A stretch of 64,000 nt of DNA, from the NCBI GenBank assembly GCA_016757515.1, contig JAERIN010000005.1:3325-67324 (forward strand), given 5' to 3'. The notes under the pieces were generated by a model, which saw only the letters and a program-made list of their open reading frames with translations, did no database searches and was not told the DNA's origin. Shown here one piece after another: positions 56,010-64,000 of the stretch (position 1 is its first letter; the number at the start of each line of letters is the position of its first letter). Origin of the DNA: Alphaproteobacteria bacterium. Lineage in GTDB: Bacteria; Pseudomonadota; Alphaproteobacteria; Micavibrionales; Micavibrionaceae. Both the position numbers and the translations under genes were made by a program.

Positions 56010-59000
56010 ATGACGCCCCCCACATCTGCCGCCAGAACCCTTTCCGCCCCCACCAGGAGGCCCCATGCCCTCTCTCGCCCCCGACGGGTTTTTGGCCCTG
56101 GGGACGTTCTGGATGCGATTATGCCGAACCTGAATGAGATGCAGTGCCGCTCTTATGCGGAGTTCCTGCAGGCGGACGTGCCCGCGGCAGAGCGCAAGAA
56201 TCAGGGCCTGCAGGAGGTCTTGACCTCCATTTTCCCCATCAAGGACTTCGGAGACCGGTCAGAGATTGACTTTGTGCTCTATAACTTAGACCCCCCAAAG
56301 TACGACACGGAGGAGTGCCTGCGGCGTTCCATGACCTACGCCGCCCCGCTGCGCGTTACCTTGCGCCTGTCTGTGTTTGACGTGGACGAGGCCACGGGTC
56401 TGCGCTCCATCCGGGACATAAAAGAGCAGGACGTCTACCTGGTGGACATGCCCCTGATGACGGACAACGGGACCTTCATCGTGAACGGTACGGAGCGCGT
56501 GGTGGTGTCCCAGATGCACCGGAGCCCCGGGGTGTTCTTTGACCACGACGGGGGCAAAACGCACATATCGGGCAAGTACCTGTTCTCCGCGCGGGTCATC
56601 CCCTACCGCGGCTCGTGGCTGGACTTTGAGTTTGATGCCAAGGACCTTATGTACGTCCGCATAGACCGGCGGCGCAAGCTGCCGGCCACAACCCTTTTGC
56701 GCGCACTGGACAGTGCGGACACGGTGGCGTACCGCGCACAGTGCGAGGAGCAAGACATCACGCCTGACCCCATGCGCATCCAGGGCATGGGCAACGAAGA
56801 GATTTTGGCCACGTTCTATGACCGTATTGCCTATGCGCGAGACAAGGACGGCTGGCGCACAGCGTTTGACCCGGAGCGCATGAAGGGCGTGAAGTTGACC
56901 CATAGCCTGGTGGACGCTGCCACGGGCAAGGTCGTCGCGGAGGCGGGGGAGAAGCTGACCCCCCGCCAGGCGCGGAAGCTGGCTGAGGGGGGGCTGAAGG
57001 AGATCTTGGTCGGCCAAGAGGAGATTGTGGGCCGCTATCTGGCCACGGACGTCTTGTGCATGGAGAAGGGGGAGGTGTTCTTTGAAGCTGGACACGAAGT
57101 GGAGGAAGAGGACTTCGCAACCTTTGAGGCGAACGGCATAGACACGCTCCACATCCTGGCCATAGACGGGGTGAACATCGGCCCCTATATGCGCAATACC
57201 CTGATGGTGGACAAGTCCCTCACGCGGGAGACCGCCCTGATGGACATCTACCGCGTCATGCGCCCCGGCGAGCCGCCCACGGTGGAGAGCGCGGAGAATC
57301 TGTTTAACGCCCTGTTCTTTGACCCGGAGCGCTATGATCTCTCCCCCGTGGGGCGCGTGAAGATGAATGCGCGCCTGGACCTAGGCGCACCGGACGACTT
57401 CCGCGTCCTGTCCCAGGACGACATCCTGTCCATACTGCGCTACCTCCACGGCCTGAAGGACGGGCAGGGAGAGGTGGACGACATAGACAACCTGGGCAAC
57501 CGCCGCGTGCGCAGCGTTGGGGAGCTGATGGAAAACCAGGTCCGTATTGGCCTCTTGCGCATGGAGCGCGCCATCCGCGAGAGGATGAGTTCGGTGGAGA
57601 TAGACACCTACATGCCGCACGACCTGATCAACTCCAAGCCCGCGCAAGCCGCGGTGCGGGAGTTCTTTGGCTCCTCGCAGCTGTCCCAGTTCATGGACCA
57701 GACCAACCCCCTGTCCGAAATCACGCACAAGCGGCGCCTCTCGGCTCTGGGCCCCGGTGGGCTAACGCGCGAGCGCGCAGGGTTTGAGGTGCGGGACGTC
57801 CACCCCACGCACTATGGCCGCATCTGCCCGATTGAGACGCCCGAGGGGCCGAACATCGGCCTTATCAACTCCCTGGCCACCTTCGCGCGCATCAACCCCT
57901 ATGGCTTTATTGAAAGCCCCTACCGCCGCGTGGTGGACGGGGCCGTGACGGACGAGGTGGTCTACATGTCCGCCATGGAGGAGGCCAAGTACACCATCGC
58001 CCAGGCCAACGCAGAGCGGGACGAAAAGGGCAGGTTTGTGAACGACCTCATCTCATGCCGCAAGTCCGGTGAGAGCCTGATGTCCACGCCGGAGCAGATT
58101 GAGTTCATGGACGTCTCGCCCAAGCAGATTGTCTCCGTCGCCGCCGCCCTTATCCCCTTCCTAGAGAACGACGACGCCAACCGCGCCCTCATGGGCTCCA
58201 ACATGCAGCGCCAGGCCGTGCCCCTCTTGCGCACAGAGGCCCCCCTTGTTGGCACAGGGCTGGAGTCCACCGTCGCGCGGGACTCCGGGGCTGCCGTCAC
58301 CGCCCGCCGCGCCGGGACCGTGACACAGGTGGACGCCACCCGCATTGTCATCCAGGCCTCGCAGCGCACACGGCCCGACGAGCCCGTGGTGGACATCTAT
58401 AAATTGTCCAAGTTCCAGCGCTCTAACCAAGACACCTGCATGAACCAGCGCCCCATCGTGAAGGTCGGGGACGTTGTGGCACAAGGGGACATCATCGCCG
58501 ACGGGCCCTCCACACAGCACGGGGAGCTTGCCCTGGGCCGCAACATCCTCGTGGCCTTCATGCCCTGGCACGGGTACAACTTTGAGGACTCTATCCTCAT
58601 CTCTGAGCGTGTGGTGCGCGACGACGTCTTCACCTCCATCCACATTGAGGAGTTTGAGGCCATCGCCCGCGACACAAAGCTGGGCACGGAGGAGATCACC
58701 CGCGACATACCCAACGTGGGGGAAGAGGCCCTGCGCCAGCTGGATGAGGCCGGCATTGTTCACATCGGGGCCGAGGTCGCGCCGGGGGACATCCTCGTTG
58801 GCAAGGTGACACCCAAGGGCGAAACCCCCATGACGCCCGAAGAGAAGCTTCTGCGCGCCATATTTGGGGAGAAGGCCTCTGACGTGCGCGACAGCTCTCT
58901 GCGCCTGCCCCCCGGCGCGAGCGGGACCATCGTGGACGTGAGCGTCTTCACCCGCTCCGGCGTGGACATGGACGCCCGGGCCATTGCCAACCTGCAGGCG

Positions 59001-60206
59001 GAGATTGAGCGCTTGCAAAAGGACGAAGCTGTGGAGCGCCGGACCCTGGAAGCTGGGTTCTATGCGCACCTAGAGCGCGCCCTGGTGGGCCAGCAGGTCG
59101 CCTCCGCCCCCAAGGACGCGAAGCTGAAAAAGGGCCAATCCATAACCGCTGAGGCCCTGGAGGCCGTGAAGCGCCCCCTGTGGCGCAAAATCGCCGTGGC
59201 GGACGACGCCGTGGCGGCGGAGGTGGAGGCCCTGGCCGCCGCGTTTGATAAGGCCATCGCGGCCCTGAAGACCCGTTTTGAGGACAAAGTGGACAAGCTC
59301 CAGCGCGGGGACGACCTCCCCCCAGGCGTGATGAAGATCGTCAAGGTCCACGTGGCCATAAAGCGCAAGGTGCAGCCGGGAGACAAGATGGCCGGGCGGC
59401 ACGGCAACAAGGGCGTGGTGTCCAAAATTATGCCCGTGGAGGACATGCCCTTCACCGAGGACGGAACCCCCGTGGATATTGTCCTGAACCCCCTGGGCGT
59501 GCCCAGCCGCATGAACGTTGGACAGATTTTGGAAACGCACCTGGGCTGGGCCGCCGCTGGGATGGGCCGGCGCATCGGTGCGGCCCTGGACGCCGTGGAC
59601 AAAAAGGCTCTGGCCGATGCCCTTAAGGACGCCTATGGGGAGCGGGAGTACGCCGCCAAGATCGCCGGGCGGGAGGAGGAGGTGGCCGCGCGCCTGCGCG
59701 ACGGTGTGCCCATGGCCACGCCCGTCTTTGACGGCGCGCATGAGGAGGACGTCTCCGCCCTCCTGGCCGCTGCGGGCCTGCCCACCAGCGGGCAGGTGGC
59801 CCTGACCGACGGCCGTACGGGCCAGCGCTTCGCCCGCCCCGTCACCGTGGGGTACATGTACATGCTCAAGCTCCACCACCTCGTGGACGACAAAATCCAC
59901 GCGCGGTCCATCGGGCCGTACTCCCTCGTCACGCAGCAGCCCCTAGGCGGGAAGGCCCAGTTCGGCGGACAGCGGTTCGGGGAGATGGAGGTCTGGGCGC
60001 TGCAGGCCTACGGCGCCGCGTACACGCTTCAGGAGATGCTTACGGTCAAGTCTGACGACGTCGCGGGTCGTGCCAAGGTGTACGAGTCCATCGTGCGCGG
60101 GGACGACAACTTTGAGGTCGGCATCCCGGAAAGCTTTAATGTCTTGACCAAAGAGCTGAAAGCCCTGGGCCTGAACGTGGACATGAAACAGAGCGAGGGG
60201 GGGTAG
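56010..60206 (+). CDS. rpoB: DNA-directed RNA polymerase subunit beta
   Basis: [16 protein letters not shown]...[22 protein letters not shown]...NMQRQAVPL...[12 protein letters not shown]...[14 protein letters not shown]. The start codon is the first ATG of the ORF. The N-terminal 20 residues are uncertain. Confidence 0.97.
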   Translation: MTPPTSAARTLSAPTRRPHALSRPRRVFGPGDVLDAIMPNLNEMQCRSYAEFLQADVPAAERKNQGLQEVLTSIFPIKDFGDRSEIDFVLYNLDPPKYDTEECLRRSMTYAAPLRVTLRLSVFDVDEATGLRSIRDIKEQDVYLVDMPLMTDNGTFIVNGTERVVVSQMHRSPGVFFDHDGGKTHISGKYLFSARVIPYRGSWLDFEFDAKDLMYVRIDRRRKLPATTLLRALDSADTVAYRAQCEEQDITPDPMRIQGMGNEEILATFYDRIAYARDKDGWRTAFDPERMKGVKLTHSLVDAATGKVVAEAGEKLTPRQARKLAEGGLKEILVGQEEIVGRYLATDVLCMEKGEVFFEAGHEVEEEDFATFEANGIDTLHILAIDGVNIGPYMRNTLMVDKSLTRETALMDIYRVMRPGEPPTVESAENLFNALFFDPERYDLSPVGRVKMNARLDLGAPDDFRVLSQDDILSILRYLHGLKDGQGEVDDIDNLGNRRVRSVGELMENQVRIGLLRMERAIRERMSSVEIDTYMPHDLINSKPAQAAVREFFGSSQLSQFMDQTNPLSEITHKRRLSALGPGGLTRERAGFEVRDVHPTHYGRICPIETPEGPNIGLINSLATFARINPYGFIESPYRRVVDGAVTDEVVYMSAMEEAKYTIAQANAERDEKGRFVNDLISCRKSGESLMSTPEQIEFMDVSPKQIVSVAAALIPFLENDDANRALMGSNMQRQAVPLLRTEAPLVGTGLESTVARDSGAAVTARRAGTVTQVDATRIVIQASQRTRPDEPVVDIYKLSKFQRSNQDTCMNQRPIVKVGDVVAQGDIIADGPSTQHGELALGRNILVAFMPWHGYNFEDSILISERVVRDDVFTSIHIEEFEAIARDTKLGTEEITRDIPNVGEEALRQLDEAGIVHIGAEVAPGDILVGKVTPKGETPMTPEEKLLRAIFGEKASDVRDSSLRLPPGASGTIVDVSVFTRSGVDMDARAIANLQAEIERLQKDEAVERRTLEAGFYAHLERALVGQQVASAPKDAKLKKGQSITAEALEAVKRPLWRKIAVADDAVAAEVEALAAAFDKAIAALKTRFEDKVDKLQRGDDLPPGVMKIVKVHVAIKRKVQPGDKMAGRHGNKGVVSKIMPVEDMPFTEDGTPVDIVLNPLGVPSRMNVGQILETHLGWAAAGMGRRIGAALDAVDKKALADALKDAYGEREYAAKIAGREEEVAARLRDGVPMATPVFDGAHEEDVSALLAAAGLPTSGQVALTDGRTGQRFARPVTVGYMYMLKLHHLVDDKIHARSIGPYSLVTQQPLGGKAQFGGQRFGEMEVWALQAYGAAYTLQEMLTVKSDDVAGRAKVYESIVRGDDNFEVGIPESFNVLTKELKALGLNVDMKQSEGG

Positions 60207-60208
60207 AG

Positions 60209-60724
60209 GTGAAAAGACATACTATTTTGTTTTGTGGGGCTCTCGCACTTCTTGCAATGGCGCTGCTCCCGACCCTGGCTTTTTCAGCCTCAGAGACTGA
60301 GTGCGATCTTCCTAAGGAACTTGCAGAGGCCGGGATAAAATGTGCAGACCGACCCCTCATATACCGACCTGTACAACCCCATAAATACGAATGCGACGCC
60401 GTACCCTTCGCTGCCCTGAAGACGGGAGAGTACGTTGAAGTTCCGCACGTTACTGTGAATTTAGCATCTTCTGACGGAGAGCCCCATTATGGACGCTTCA
60501 AAATCGTTTTGTGGGTTGATTCCGGAAAGCACAAAGATGTTGAGCTCGCCTGGCCCCGCCTTCACGATAGATTTGGAAATATCCTTAGAACTTTAAGCTT
60601 TCAGTATGTATTGGATGCAGAAAACACTGATAAGATAAGGGATAGTATAAAGAAAGAAGCCGATAAGATTGTTGGGCCTAATGTTGTCAAAGAAGTTCTT
60701 ATTATAGAGATAATTGTGAATTAG
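60209..60724 (+). CDS. fliL: FliL-family (flagellar basal-body-associated) protein paralog, AT-rich
   Basis: GTG start 2 nt after the rpoB stop. N-terminal hydrophobic helix. VPHVTVNLASSDGEPHYGRFKIVLWVD...WPRLHDRFGNILRTL...VVKEVLIIEIIVN parallels remembered Caulobacter FliL (IVVNMQTADGRSTFLKLKLTFEL...LPRLQDMFQTFLREL...VNAVLIEEMLIN). Confidence 0.7.
   Translation: MKRHTILFCGALALLAMALLPTLAFSASETECDLPKELAEAGIKCADRPLIYRPVQPHKYECDAVPFAALKTGEYVEVPHVTVNLASSDGEPHYGRFKIVLWVDSGKHKDVELAWPRLHDRFGNILRTLSFQYVLDAENTDKIRDSIKKEADKIVGPNVVKEVLIIEIIVN

Positions 60725-64000
<3,276 letters not shown>

Noticed and set aside
54072-56025. Two long minus-strand ORFs (604 and 505 aa) across rplK-rplA-TerB-like
   Set aside because: They are antisense to L11 and L1, which are unambiguous, and their sequence is rich in Arg, Pro and Gly.

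Overview
High-GC (by eye above 60%) chromosomal segment with an alphaproteobacterial gene set: ChvI/ChvG, an NtrX-like regulator, EnvC-CtpA, flgFGA-flgH and accD-folC. All protein calls come from reading the supplied translations against remembered family motifs. No database search or computation was run. About 60 genes are supportable, mostly housekeeping: trpD, degP, secF, map, murB, murC, accD, folC, panD, frr, prfA, trmB, zur, engB, gyrB, rimP, nusA, ilvA-like, smc, rplK, rplA, rpoB, rpoC. There is also one tRNA-Leu(CAA) and scattered flagellar genes (fliJ-like, flhB, flgF/G/A/H, fliH-like, fliL-like). rpoC (60743 to the window end) is absent from the ORF track because it has no stop in the window, so I called it by hand. 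Many long ORFs in the track are antisense shadow ORFs typical of GC-rich DNA and were rejected. No integrase, transposase, CRISPR array or recognisable defence system was seen. The points most worth a second look are listed below. (1) Conserved operons are interrupted by extra genes. An AT-rich FliL-like ORF sits between rpoB and rpoC. A TerB-like ORF occupies the place of rplJ-rplL. A zinc-ribbon methyltransferase sits between rimP and nusA. An EEP-family gene sits between flgA and flgH. (2) A roughly 190-200 bp intergenic element occurs twice in inverted orientation (23.9 kb and 53.4 kb), and each copy holds a degenerate tandem array with an exact 11-bp period. (3) A 1.2-kb single-gene insertion is bracketed by a 39-bp direct repeat that duplicates the 3' end of trpD. 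(4) A GNAT domain is nested inside a histidine-phosphatase fold. (5) An NtrX-like regulator has a degenerate AAA+ core. (6) A pentapeptide-repeat protein is fused to an ion-channel pore. (7) A small AT-rich islet carries a truncated PIN-domain gene.
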